Origin: Gracilinanus agilis
Lineage: Eukaryota
DNA length: 64,000 nucleotides
Direction: 5' to 3'
NCBI RefSeq assembly: GCF_016433145.1
Contig: NC_058130.1
Span: 738,124,911-738,188,910, forward strand
Shown: positions 1 through 11,913 of the stretch, piece after piece
Numbering within the stretch: the stretch's first letter is position 1
Layout: every line of letters starts with the position of its first letter
Notes under the pieces: generated by a model
What the model was told of the DNA's origin: nothing
The model's database searches: none
Seen by the model: the letters and a program-made list of their open reading frames with translations, nothing else
Translations under genes and position numbers: made by a program

Positions 1-1397
1 CAAATGGGGTCACAAAGAGTCAGGCACAACAGAAAAAAACAACTGAGCTGCAAAAAAAAGCCATATGCAGAATGTAAGCACTCTGAAGGCATTTTTATCT
101 TTGAAATATAAATTCATGGCACAGTGTCTGGCACATAGTAGGCATTAAATAAATTCTTATTGATTGGTTAGCAGTGAGCCTTAACTACCTCCTTATTTTT
201 TGGTATACTTCTTTTGTCTTTCTTTTCATCAGGAATGTTTAGAAGTCTTTCATTCCAATAAAGGTTCATTTTCTCTCTCTCTAGGATAATGATGTTTTCC
301 AGGACAAGTTATTTATGGTGAGAAATCTATATCTTTTGCTTACTGGAATACTGCATTCCAAGTTCTTTGTTTTTAGTAGTAGATACCAGGTCTTGTATGA
401 TTCTGTAATGATCTCGTACCTGAACTGTTTTTTTTCTGGATACTTACACTGTTTTTTCCTTTGATGTGGGAACTTTATATTTTAACTGTGATGTTCCTGG
501 AGTTTTTTCTTTTTCTTTTTGCATTTTCTTTCAGGAAATAATTCATGAATTCTATCTTTATATTTTTTTCTCTGATTCTAATAGATTGGGCAGTTTTCAT
601 TATCCTTTTTTAATCATGGCTTTCAGCAACTCCAATAATTTTTGAGTTAACTTTCCTTGACCCATTTCCCAGGTAAACAAACTTTTTTTCACTAGTTTCT
701 TTTTTTTTAAGTTTAATAGATTTATTTTACCAGTTAAATACAATAACCATTTTTCATATAAGTTTTCTGAAGTTATACAGTTCAGATTGTCTCCTTCCCT
801 CCCAGAGATGGCAAACAATCTGATCTGGGCCATACACATACCATCAAGGCATGCTTCTTATTTGACCTTTCCAAGAGAAGCCATGGAAACGGAGATATAA
901 AACTGAGTTGAAAAAGACAAATCACTGGGTTATCATTTATTTTTGCTCTGCCAATGAACTGAGGGGCCAGAGACATCCCTTTCAGACAGGGAGTTCCAAC
1001 AGATGACAAGAACTTCAAAACAGTGAATACAGGCTATGGATTACCACTTGGGAGAAACTGAAGGCATAAAGATAGGTTCTGGGGAAAAATAACACCATAT
1101 ATCAAGTCCATATAGCTGCTTGGGAGACCAGGTTTGGACATGAGCTTGAACCCACACCTGAGAAAAAAGGAAGAACTTTCTGGGAAAGGCATAGTGAGCC
1201 CTAATGATAGGCTTGTGTGGATGTGCTCCAAAATAAAAAGGCTCAGAGAGAAATGGCAGCCTTGGAGTAGAGTGAATTTGGAGTCAGATCCTAGAGATGA
1301 TACCCCAGCTATGTGACTTCAGCTAAGTCCTTCCCTTCAAGTCTTGTGTGTTCAAATCTGTAGAATGGGAATGGGGATGGGAGGAAATGGACTAGAT

Positions 1398-1613
1398 CAG
1401 TGATAGCGAACCTTTTAGAGACCAAGTGCCCAAACTGTAACCCTCACGCTGCATGTGAGCCCCCCACCTTACCCCAGATGGGGGAGGGAGGAAGTGTTCC
1501 CATTGGGCTGCTTGGAAGAGGGGCGGGTGATGTGAGAAATGTCCTCAGGTGCAGTGGAGAGGGGGAGGGGAGCAGCTCCCTCTGGCATGTGTGCCACAGA
1601 TTCACCAGCACAG
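1398..1613. mobile_element. Non-autonomous hAT (Charlie/OposCharlie-like) DNA transposon, 216 bp
   Basis: Decayed TIRs cagtgatagcgaacct ... agattcaccagcacag with a perfect 8-bp TSD GACTAGAT (1390-1397, 1614-1621). Confidence 0.85.
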
Positions 1614-2451
1614 GACTAGATGATCATTAAGGTCCCTTCCAGTTTTAAATCTATAATCCTAGTGTGATGAGGCTAATGCATTCCATGTAACTTGTAACTG
1701 AGTGCTCCCATGTCACTTCCAGGAACACATGTGCTCAGGACTTGAAGGACTTGGGGATGATGAAGCAATCTTAAGATGGCAACAGGGAGAAGATGTCGTA
1801 CCAAAGCAGGTCAGTCACCAAACCTAGAAGAGCAGTCCACTGAGCAGACCTTAAAAGGGATGACTCTACCCTCTGGTGCTTTCTCTTCCTGTCTATCCAA
1901 TGTGCTGGCACTTTGAGGAGGCTCTCTCTTAGACTTCCCATGATTAGAGAGACGACTCCTGCCTACCTCTAGTACCAACTTGTTCAGGACATCAAGTGTA
2001 TATGCTGGCTAGAGGATCCTGAAACTGTAATTCAAAGCCCTGGCTGTCTCTTCAGCTTTGTTTTTCTTCCCTTGAGCACGGGTGACTACACAGTGATTCT
2101 GAGATGGCTGTTTCCAGCCTCGAAGGCATCCTTGTGAATTCCAGAGGTCAGGAGCTCCGGGGTCCCTCAGTCAGACGAGACCCTAAGAGGTTAAGCAATT
2201 TACCCAAGGTCACTCAGGAAGTAACAAAGCCAGGATTCAAACCTGGATCCTCTTACTCCAAATTCAATGCCCTTTCCAGTATACCAAAGCTGCCTCTGTG
2301 AGACAGAAGCCTGTGCTTCTGAGGGCAGAGGAGCAAGAACACGAGGATATGAAGAGAATAGAAAAGTCTGGGGACAGAGGCACCAGGCAACAGAGGTACA
2401 ACATGAGGGGACAGAGCGGGGGCTTGGCTTGGGACGCATAGAGCTTCTTCC

Positions 2452-2457
2452 TTTATT
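2452..2457 (-). terminator. Poly(A) signal AATAAA of ACTL9
   Basis: tttatt on the + strand at 2452-2457, about 35 nt after the ACTL9 stop, implying a very short 3' UTR. Confidence 0.7.
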
Positions 2458-2491
2458 GCTTCCTTGTTACCCACCCGAATACCCGCCGGCA

Positions 2492-3748
2492 TCAATAACA
2501 CTTCTGATAGACAATGTATGGTCCTTGCTCCTCATACTGGTTCCGTTGGATCCAGCAAGATTGAAAAGCCCGGAGAGAAGCAAGGATGGAGCCTCCGATC
2601 CATACGGAGTAGTTCCGCAGGGGCTGGGCACACACCGATTTGAAGGTCTGGGGAGGTGCCCCCTGGAGCAGCTCCTTGGAGAAGCGCTGCTCTAGTCCCG
2701 GGAACAGGGAAGAGCCGCCGCACAGCAGGACGTTCTGGGAAATGTCTTCACGAGCCTCACTGGGCACCTTCCTCAGGCTTTCTTTGGCCATGTCAGGGAT
2801 TCCCAAAGGCACCAGGCCTGGCATCTCTGGGGGGTGGAAGAGCAGCTCGGGGCACTGGAAACGCTCTTTGCCAAGGCTTATGACCTTACCATCGGGCAGC
2901 CGGAAGTTCTCTCGGATGGCCTTGGTGGGCAGGTTCTGCTCCGCGATGAAGTCATCGGCTACGTAGCAGCACTGGTGTTTGATGCTTTCTAGCAGCGAGG
3001 TGTCGCGCTCCCCAAAGGGGTAGCCGGCACCCCGAAGCATCTCTGCCAGGAAGGCCGTCAGGTGGGAGCCAGCCAAGTCCAGACGCTCGGTGGCGTGGGG
3101 CAGGTTATAGCCCTGATACACGGGGACGGTGTGCGTCACGCCATGGCCCGAATCCACCACCAGCCCGCTGACCAGCCCGTGGGCATAGACGGACAACACC
3201 GACTGGTAAGCCACATACATGCCTGGGGAGTGAAGGGACTCGAACACCACCTCCACCAGTTTTTCCCGATTCGTGGTGGGGCTAAAGGGTGGGTCCGAGA
3301 GAAGGAGAGGGTGATCCTCGGGAGCCACCCCCAGGTCGTTATAAAAGACGTAGTGCCAAAGGGTCTCTGCCGCCTCCCAGTCCACAATGATGCCATTCCG
3401 TAAGGGCTGGATCAGGCTGAGTCCTGGGTGCCCTCGAGCACATTCGCCAATGAACGTGGGTAGCTGGGGGCGGCTGGCTGTCGAAGCCTTTTCTGGCAAG
3501 TGCCCCAGCACCGTGGCCACGGTGGACACGGGCTTCGCCTGTCCGGCAAAGCCAGACTTGCAAGTCCCCGTGCCCATGTCGATGACCACGGCGCCCGTCT
3601 TCTCTATGAGCCCATCTCCCAGAACAAAAGGCATCTCTATATCCACCGGCAAGCTCACGTCATCTAGGATGGTGCTGGTCTGGGGATGTCCCTTGTGGAA
3701 TCTGGGAGAGTGACCGATAACCGGGGCATCGTCTGAGCGCAAGTCCAT
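2492..3748 (-). CDS. ACTL9: Actin-like protein 9 (testis actin-related protein), single coding exon, 418 aa
   Basis: Intact ORF with actin-fold motifs in ACTL9-type wording as recalled from the human protein: KTGAVVIDMGTGTCK, LSDPPFSPTTNREKLVEV, QGYNLPHATERLDLAG, NVLLCGGSSLF and C-terminal SVWIGGSILASLRAFQSCW...YEEQGPYIVYQKCY. Kozak context gccATGg at 3748; TGA at 2494-2492. Confidence 0.95.
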   Translation of the reverse strand: MDLRSDDAPVIGHSPRFHKGHPQTSTILDDVSLPVDIEMPFVLGDGLIEKTGAVVIDMGTGTCKSGFAGQAKPVSTVATVLGHLPEKASTASRPQLPTFIGECARGHPGLSLIQPLRNGIIVDWEAAETLWHYVFYNDLGVAPEDHPLLLSDPPFSPTTNREKLVEVVFESLHSPGMYVAYQSVLSVYAHGLVSGLVVDSGHGVTHTVPVYQGYNLPHATERLDLAGSHLTAFLAEMLRGAGYPFGERDTSLLESIKHQCCYVADDFIAEQNLPTKAIRENFRLPDGKVISLGKERFQCPELLFHPPEMPGLVPLGIPDMAKESLRKVPSEAREDISQNVLLCGGSSLFPGLEQRFSKELLQGAPPQTFKSVCAQPLRNYSVWIGGSILASLRAFQSCWIQRNQYEEQGPYIVYQKCY

Positions 3749-4158
3749 GGCTACCGGAGGCGAAGGGGACAGAGCGAGCGAGAACGGGCCAGACCCACCT
3801 CCCTAACACTCAGCAACCAAGCCAGGACTGGGGTCGTCGTTGGGCTTATCTGGGCCGGAGCTGGAGGAGAACAGGCCAAAGCTGTGGAAGACTAAGGAGG
3901 AAGGAATTAAGGAAGGTTTTCATACGATTGCGGAATTATGACATCACGCCCACCCACCCCTCCCCCCCTTCTCTTCACAATGGGCAGGGGCCACCTTTCT
4001 CTTTTCCCCCCTGCAATTGGACTTCTCAAACTCTGAGCCTCTTCCTGTGGCATCTTGCCCCCAAGTGGCTGCCAGTCAAAGGTTAACGACCTAGGCAATG
4101 ACATCATTGGGGGAAGCAGTGTGGTCTATTAGCACCATCTTTTCAATAGCATGTGCTC

Positions 4159-4877
4159 TGTAATAATGAAAATCTAGGTACTATGCAATATTTAAATAAT
4201 GAATAATCTATTATGTGTTATATTATATAACATAATATATAATAAAATAAATAAAGTGCTACATGTAATATTTAGAAATTGGTTTTGTTAAATAATATTA
4301 GTAAAAAAATTGTCGTGGTCGCCATTTATAAAATTAACTCTTAAGTCATGAGGACGATAGTAGCTTTTAACAATTTAATTTAATATAAATATAGTATAAG
4401 AAAGAAATAAGGAAGTTGAAAATTTATTTCCTAGCCTACCATTCTAAAGTCTAGTCCATAGAATTTCAGCTCACTCCCTGACAAGGTTCCCATCTCCACG
4501 TGGAAGTCCAGTAGTCTCTTCAGAGCAAAAGTCTTACCAGCCCACGAGGGTGTCTTCTACCAAAGGGACCAATGACAAATGGAGTAGAAGATCAATCCCA
4601 GCAAACTCACATCAAAAACCCAATCTCCTCTATGGTCTCATAAAAAATATAGCCCTTTTCTCCACCTCACTTCCTGTCTCTCCGAGCTGGTCTATCACGT
4701 CTCAGGAACCAATCAAAGTCTCTCTGCCCTGGACCCATAACCATTAGTTCTGGGTCATGTGCCGAGGACTTAACCTGTGACCTCTGTTTGGAGCTTTGCA
4801 GCCACACTAATGGAATGGGTCAGACGAGAAGAAAACTCACAACCCTAGGAGGAAGGGTTCCCTTTACACAGCTCACA
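4159..4877 (-). mobile_element. ERV LTR in minus orientation, 5' end lost in an assembly gap
   Basis: Ends ...ttaca at 4159. Reverse complement shares blocks with the 16425-17064 LTR (gacttaag...ataaatggcgaccac; gattggtt; caggaagtga). Confidence 0.75.
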
Positions 4878-5022
4878 NNNNNNNNNNNNNNNNNNNNNNN
4901 NNNNNNNNNNNNNNNNNNNNNNNNNNNNNNNNNNNNNNNNNNNNNNNNNNNNNNNNNNNNNNNNNNNNNNNNNNNNNNNNNNNNNNNNNNNNNNNNNNNN
5001 NNNNNNNNNNNNNNNNNNNNNN
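4878..5022. other. Assembly gap (N run)
   Basis: Ns in the sequence. Confidence 1.
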
Positions 5023-5039
5023 ACAAGATGGAGAATTTA

Positions 5040-5345
5040 TTTATTTTATTTTATTATCTACTTTTTAAAATATTTTTTTCATGGTTCCATGATTCATGTT
5101 CTCTCCTTTCTCTCTTTCCTCCCCCATCCCGGAGCTGACAAGCAGTTCTCTGGGTTATACTTGTATTATCAAATCCTATTTCCATATTATTCATTTTTGC
5201 AATAGAGCAATCTTTTAAAACCAGAACCCCAGATCATATACCCATACAAACAAGTGGCAAAACATATAATTTTTCTTCTGTGTTTCTCTTCCCACAGTTC
5301 TTTCTCTTGATGTGGATAGCATTATTTCTCATAAGTCCCTTGGGA
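5040..5345 (-). mobile_element. L1 3' end fragment
   Basis: Reverse complement resembles the L1 3' UTR at 11550-11900 (catgaatcatgg/taacc, aatgcgatgatccaggacaat) with an A-rich tail. Confidence 0.7.
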
Positions 5346-6309
5346 TTGTCCTGGATCATCGCATTGCTACTAGTAGCAAAATAAGATGAAGAATTTAATC
5401 AATAAATGTTGGATGTGTTCTGACTGCTCCACCCACTAAAGGTTCCCAGTCTTCCTCTCCTCAGGTCTCCCTATTCTCTGAGACACAATATTGAAATTGG
5501 GCCAATTAATAAACCTACAATGATCTCTAAATGTTCAAGTGAAAGGAAGATCCAAGCGATGCAGTAAATTTCATTATTGTCTTATTTTTTTTAATTGTCA
5601 CAGCCACTCCGACCTTCAGCCACCACCACACTAATCGGTCAGCAGCCATCAATATGGAGGCAGGACCCTCCACCAAGAAAAGCATGATGATTCACTGAAG
5701 GCTCAGATGATGGCTAACATTTTTTAGCAATAAAGTGTTTTTTAAATTAAGATATATACTTTTTAAAAAAGATATAACATTATTGAACTAGAAATTGGGA
5801 GGATATACATGAGTTGGGAAATAGCTGAACAAGATATAGTGTATGCTTGTGATAAATACTACTGCTCTGTAAGAAATGATGAGCAGGTTAATTTTTTTTT
5901 TAATTTGGAAAGATCTATTTGAAATAATGAAGGGTAAAAGGAGTAGAACCAAAAGGCATTATACACAGCTACAGAATTAATATTTGAAGAATAATTTGTA
6001 GGGCCAGCTAGGTGTCTTAATGGACTAAGAGCCAGGTCTAGATGGAAAGGACTGGGCTACATATGGCCTTGGATACTTCTTAGATGTGTGGCCTTGGGCA
6101 AGTCACAATCTCCATTGTCTAATTCTTACATTCAAAGTATTGATTCTAAGATGGAAGGTAAAGGTATAAAAAACAAACAAACTTGTAAATGTCTACCTCC
6201 AGGGAAAGAATTGATAAAGAGAAACACAAAAGATGTAATTTTTATACATAGTTTTTGGTTGGTTGATGCCTTCTATGGTGTGAGAAAAGGGAGAGTGAAT
6301 TAACTTTTT

Positions 6310-6507
6310 TTTTAACCCTTAACTTCTGTGTATTGGTTCCTTAACTTCTGTGTATTGGTTCCTGGGTGGAAGAGTAAGGGTGGGCAATGGGGGTCAAGTG
6401 ACTTGCCCAGGGTCACACAGTTGGGAAGTGTCTGAGGCTGGATTTGAACCTAGGACCTCCTGTCTCTAGGCTTAGCTCTCAATCCACTGAGCTACCCAGC
6501 TGCCCCT
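6310..6507 (-). mobile_element. SINE1 (didelphid tRNA-derived SINE)
   Basis: Full SINE1 sequence on the minus strand; 15-bp TSD gtgaattaacttttt (6295-6309, 6508-6522); internal 22-bp tandem duplication at 6317-6360. Confidence 0.9.
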
Positions 6508-6824
6508 GTGAATTAACTTTTTGAAATCATCTCACTTATCATTCCTTACAGCACAATAGTATTCCCTCGCCAACATGTACCACAATTTGTCCAGCCCTAA
6601 TTGATGGACATCCCCTCAATTTCCAATTTTTTACCACTACAAAAAGAACTGTAATCATTTTTTTAACAAGTAGCTCCTTTCCCCTTTTTATTATCTCTTT
6701 GGGATACAGACTGTAAAATTAAAAATTAATATCCAAATACTCCAAGTATTATATTTAACAAGATTTATTATTAATAACTTGAAGTAAAAGATAATTTAAA
6801 AAAGCTAAAGTAAAAAGGGAGCCA

Positions 6825-7187
6825 CAATGCAACTACCAACAATTTGGAAATTGGTCTTGATCAAGGACACATGACAAAAATAGTGGAAATGTGCAATGGC
6901 CATGGGTGGGGGAAGTGCGGGGGGTGAAGGGGAAAGGAGGAGCATGAATCATGTAACCATGTTAAAAATGAATATTGGGGGCAGCTGGGTAGCTCAGTGG
7001 AGTGAGAGTCAGGCCTAGAGACAGGAGGTCTTAGGTTCAAACCCGGCCTCAGCCACTTCCCAGCTGTGTGACCCTGGGCAAGTCACTTGACCCCCATTGC
7101 CCACCCTTACCAATCTTCCACCTATGAGACAATACACCGAAGTACAAGGGTTAAAAAAATGAATATTAATAAATGTTTGGGGGAAAA
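6825..7187 (+). mobile_element. 5'-truncated L1 3' end carrying a nested SINE1
   Basis: L1 3' UTR sequence similar to 11740-11900; 13-bp TSD aaaaagggagcca (6812-6824, 7188-7200). Confidence 0.85.
6977..7154 (+). mobile_element. SINE1 nested in the L1 tail
   Basis: A box tagctcagtgg, B box ggttcaaacc; 13-bp TSD aaaaatgaatatt (6964-6976, 7155-7167). Confidence 0.92.
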
Positions 7188-7471
7188 AAAAAGGGAGCCA
7201 ACCCAGCTGCAGTTGTGAGAGAAGAGAGTGAGAGGTGGAGTTACACCAAACTTATAAACATTACGTAAAGACACTACGTGCACGAAGGGAAAAGGATTCT
7301 GGGAGATGAAGTCCAAAGGTTCAAGATTTTCTAATTACACAAGACCCAGTAGTAGTACTACAGAACCAAAGGATATGCACTGTCTTATAGTCCTTTGGGC
7401 ATAGTTCCAAATTGCCCTCCAAAATGATTGGATCAGGAATTAATTTTTTTACAGTATAAATAAATTTTTTA

Positions 7472-7604
7472 NNNNNNNNNNNNNNNNNNNNNNNNNNNNN
7501 NNNNNNNNNNNNNNNNNNNNNNNNNNNNNNNNNNNNNNNNNNNNNNNNNNNNNNNNNNNNNNNNNNNNNNNNNNNNNNNNNNNNNNNNNNNNNNNNNNNN
7601 NNNN
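7472..7604. other. Assembly gap (N run)
   Basis: Ns in the sequence. Confidence 1.
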
Positions 7605-7979
7605 CCAAGCTTGCAACATCTCTGAGGAATGCCTGTAGAATCAAATTCTTCCTAGCCTGACCCTTCCTAACCAGTCTTCCTATCTTCTTAGACATTCTAT
7701 TCCATGTATTCTATTGTCCATTGATACTATTCCCCTCGCTGTTCTCACTCAGGATCCCAATTCTGCACCTTTTTTGCTGACTATCCCCCATGATCAGAAT
7801 TTCTCCCTCTAGGATTCTCTGGCTTCCAACAAGTCTTAGCTCAAAGGTAACCTTTGCAAGAGGCCACCTCCCAGTAGGTATGCCTTTCCTCTGCTATTAC
7901 CTTCCTTTTCTCCTGCAAATGTCTTATATATACATACTTATTTTCATGTTCTCTCCTCTGTTAGAATATGAGCTTCTTG

Positions 7980-10900
7980 GTTAAGATGGCGGCAGAGTAA
8001 AAAGCAGCTCCTTAATCTCTCCGAACCGAAACATATAGGACTCCTCAAGAGGACATAAAAACAAATCCAGATGAACAAAGGGACCCCACAACAGGGCACA
8101 GCATTGAGAGTACGTGGGATCGGGACATTTCCATGCTATAAGGGGGTGAAATAGCTCTACTAAAACACAAGCTGAGCAACCCCCTCCCACCCCCACACCA
8201 CCTACAGGGCCAAAGCCAGTGCACAAGAGCTATAGCAAGTTTGGGGCATCCATTAAGTCCTTGGCAGCTACCTGGGGTCACCAGGGCCTGTTCCTGAGAG
8301 CAGCAAGACTTAAGACCCCAAGAGGCTAAAGAACGCACAGACTTTGAGCGCAGGCATGGTCGCAGCTGCAGACACGGATCCTGAGCGTAGGCTCAGACCT
8401 TGGGTGGGGACTCAGTGCAGAGGAGTGCACGACTATGGAAGCAGCACCCTGAGACTGTTAAAGGAGCTTCAGGCAGAGGAACAAGCAAGGGGACCACCAG
8501 GAGGCTTGACCCTGAGAACAACTAGACATGAGACCTCAGGAGCCCAAAGAGCACAGACAGACCCTGGGCGTGAGGATAAAGCTGAGAGGGTGCTGGGCTA
8601 ACAATGGCAAGCCAGAGACAAGAACCCCAGAAGAGAAAGATCAAGAAGAAATCTTTAACACTCAACAACTTTTACACAGAAAAAATCCAGACAACAGAGC
8701 AAACAGCAGAGGAGAACGAACAAGTAATCATATTCAAACTTTCCCCAAAAAATGAAAACTGGTCACAATCTCTTGAAGAGTTCAAATTTGAGATTATGAG
8801 AAAGATGGAAGGGATCTGGCAAGAAAATAACAGTTTAAAAAGGCAGAATTTCGCAATTAGAAAGTGAGGCTCAGAAATCAAATGAATTGATAAGCAAATT
8901 GAAGACCAGAAATGACCAGCTGGAAGCCTTGAAGAACCAAACAGACCAGATTCAAAAGGAAAACCAAAAGATTATAGCCTAAAACCAGTCTCTAAAGGCT
9001 AGAATTGGACAATTAGAAAAAGATGCCCCCAAATCAAAAGAATTAATAAGCAAGTTGGAGACCAAAATCAAACACCTGGAAAACAGGATAGACCAAATCG
9101 AAAAGGAAAATCAAAAGAATATAGCAGAAAACCAGTCTCTAAAGACAAGAACTGGACAAGTAGAAGCCAATGATCTCTCAAGACAACAAGAACAAATAAA
9201 GCAAAGTCAAAAGACTGACAAAATAGAAGAAAACATGAAATATCTCACTGAGAAATTGTCAGATCAAGAAACCGGATCTAGAAGAGATAATATGAGAATC
9301 ATTGGTCTTCCTGAAAAAGCAGAAATTAATAGAAATTTGGGCTCCATACTAAAGGAAATTATTCAGCAAAATTGCCCTGAAGTTCTACAACAAGAGGGCA
9401 ATATAGACATTGAAAGGATCCATAGATCACCCTCTACATTAAATCCTGAAAAGACAACCCCCAGGAATATAATAGCCAAATTCAAGAGCTTCCAAGTAAA
9501 AGAAAAAAAATTTTACAAGAAGCCAGAAAGAAACAATTCAGATATCAAGGAGCACCAATCAGGATCACACAAGATCTGGCAGCCTCCACACTACAAGACT
9601 GCAAGGCTTGAGGGGCAGCTGAGTAGCTCAGTGGAGTGAGAGTCAGGCCTAGAGAAAGGAGGTCCTAGGTTCAAACCCAGCCTCAGCCACTTCCCAGCTG
9701 TGTGACCCTGGGCAAATCACTTGACCCCCATTGCCCACCCTTACCACTCTTCCACCTATGAGACAATACACCGAAGTACAAGGGTTTAAAAAAAAAAAAG
9801 ACTGCAAGCCTTGGAATATGATATTCAGAAAGGCAAGAGAAATGGGTCTACAACCAAGGATCACCTACCCATCAAAACTGACTATATACTTCCAAGGGAA
9901 AGTATGGGCATTCAACAAGATAGAAGATTTCCAAGTATTTGTACAGAAAAGACCAGGACTAAATGGAAAGTTTGATATCCAACCACAAAAAACAAGAGAA
10001 ACATTAAAAAGTAAATAAGAAACAGAGGGGAAAGACAGAAAACTCTTATTTTTAAATTTGCCTCTTTAAGGGCTTCAATAAGATCTAATTATTTGTATTC
10101 CTATATGGAGAAATTTTATGTGTAATTCTCTGTAGTGAACTCTATTCACTATTATAGTATCCACTATTATAGTAATTAGAAGAATTATTCACAGAGAGAG
10201 GTTGGAGTCCTAAATAGTCTAAGATGATAAGGGTGGGTGGGAAAGAGGGGGGTGAATAGTAGAGGACACCAAGAGAAACTTGAATGAATAAGAAAAATAG
10301 GATATTCTATTACACACAAAAAGGGCATGGGAAGGGGAGGGGATGAATACTATTATAAGAAAGAGAGGAAGAGAGCATTAAGAGGTAATATTTAAACCTT
10401 ACTCTCAGTGAAATTAACCCTGAGAGGGAAGAATAGCTATATCCATTGAGATATAGAACTCTATCTAACCCTACTGAGAAAGTCAGAAGGAATAAACCAA
10501 GGGGAGCAGAGGAGTGGGGAGTTCAAAAAAGGAGAGGAGAAGTGAGAGGGAATTCATTAGGCCTTAAAAATAAAAAGAGGGGAATAACAAGGGAGGGGGT
10601 AGAAAGGGTAGTAAATCAAGGGAGGGGACAAGGATTACTGGTTTAAAACAAATCACTGGTTTAAAAGGAAATAGCCTAAGAAGAAGGGGTAGAACTAAGA
10701 GAGGATACCAAAATGTTGGGGAATACACAACTGATAATTATAACTCTGAATGTGAATGGGATGATTGATTATACTAAATTTAAAAGCTTTTGTACAAACA
10801 AAAACAATGCAACCAAAATCAGAAGGGAAACAACAAATTGGGAAAAAATCTTTATAACAAAAAACTCTGACAGGGGTCTAATTACTCAAATATACAAGGA

Positions 10901-11913
10901 GTTAAATCAATTGTGTAAAAAATCAAGCCATTCCCCAATTGATAAATGGGCAAGGGACATGAATAGGCAATTTTCAGATAAAGAAATCAAAACTATCAAT
11001 AAGCACGTGAGAAAGTGCTCTAAATCTCTAATAATTAGAGAAATGCAAATCAAAACAACTCTGAGGTATCACTTCACACCTAGCAGATTGGCTAATATGA
11101 AAGAAGGGGAGAGTAATAAATGCTGGAGGGGATGTGGCCAAATTGGGACATTAATGCATTGCTGGTGGAGTTGTGAACTGATCCAACCATTCTGGAAGGC
11201 AATTTGGAACTACGCTCAAAGGGCTATAAAAGATTGCCTGCCCTTTGATCCAGCCATACCATTGCTGGGTCTGTACCCCAAAGAGATCATAGATAAACAG
11301 ACTTGTATGAAAATATTTATAGCTGCAATTTTTGTGGTGGCAAAAAACTGGAAAACGAGGGTATGCCCTTCAATTGGGGAATGGCTGAACAAATTGTGGT
11401 ATATGCTGGTGATGGAATATTATTGCATTCAAAGGAATAATAAACTGGAGGAATTCCATGTGAACTGGAAAGACCTCCAGGAATTGATGCAGAGTGAAAG
11501 GAGCAGAGCCAAAAGAACATTGTACACAGAGACCAATACACTGTGGTAAAATAGAATGTAATGGACTTCTGTACTAGCAGCAATGCAATGACCCAGGACA
11601 ATTCTGAGGGACTTATGGAAAAGAATGCTACCCACATTCAGAGGAAGAACTACAGGAGAGGAAACACAGAAGAAAAACAACTGCTTGAACACATGGGTTG
11701 AGGTGGACATGATTGGGGTGTAGACCCGAAACCACCACACCAATGCAACTATCAACAATTTGGAAATGTCTTGATCGATGACACATGTTAAAACCAGGGG
11801 AAATGCACATCAGCTATGGGGGGGGGAAGTTGAAGGGGAAAGTAAGAGCATGAATCATGTAACCATGATAACTTTTCTAAAAAATAAAAATTATTTTAAA
11901 AAAAGGGAAAAAA
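7980..11913 (+). mobile_element. L1 with intact 5' end, frameshifted ORF1 and most of ORF2 deleted internally
   Basis: 5' UTR begins ttaagatggcggc. ORF1 pieces at 8604-10018; residual ORF2 10713-11549 (TLNVNGM fused to ...CWRGCG...HCWW...PFDPAIPLLGLYPKE); 3' UTR and A tail; perfect 17-bp TSD agaatatgagcttcttg (7963-7979, 11914-11930). The target looks like an L2 3' tail. Confidence 0.93.
9611..9797 (+). mobile_element. SINE1 inserted into L1 ORF1
   Basis: 16-bp TSD with one mismatch, aagactgcaag(g/c)cttg (9595-9610, 9798-9813); ORF1 resumes as DCKPWNMIFRKARE. Confidence 0.92.

Noticed and set aside
2267-3713. Plus-strand ORFs of 108-142 aa over ACTL9
   Set aside because: Antisense shadows of a GC-rich CDS.
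6977-7060. tRNA-like A and B boxes
   Set aside because: These are SINE heads, not tRNA genes; no cloverleaf with an anticodon arm. No rRNA, tRNA or CRISPR features were seen in the window.
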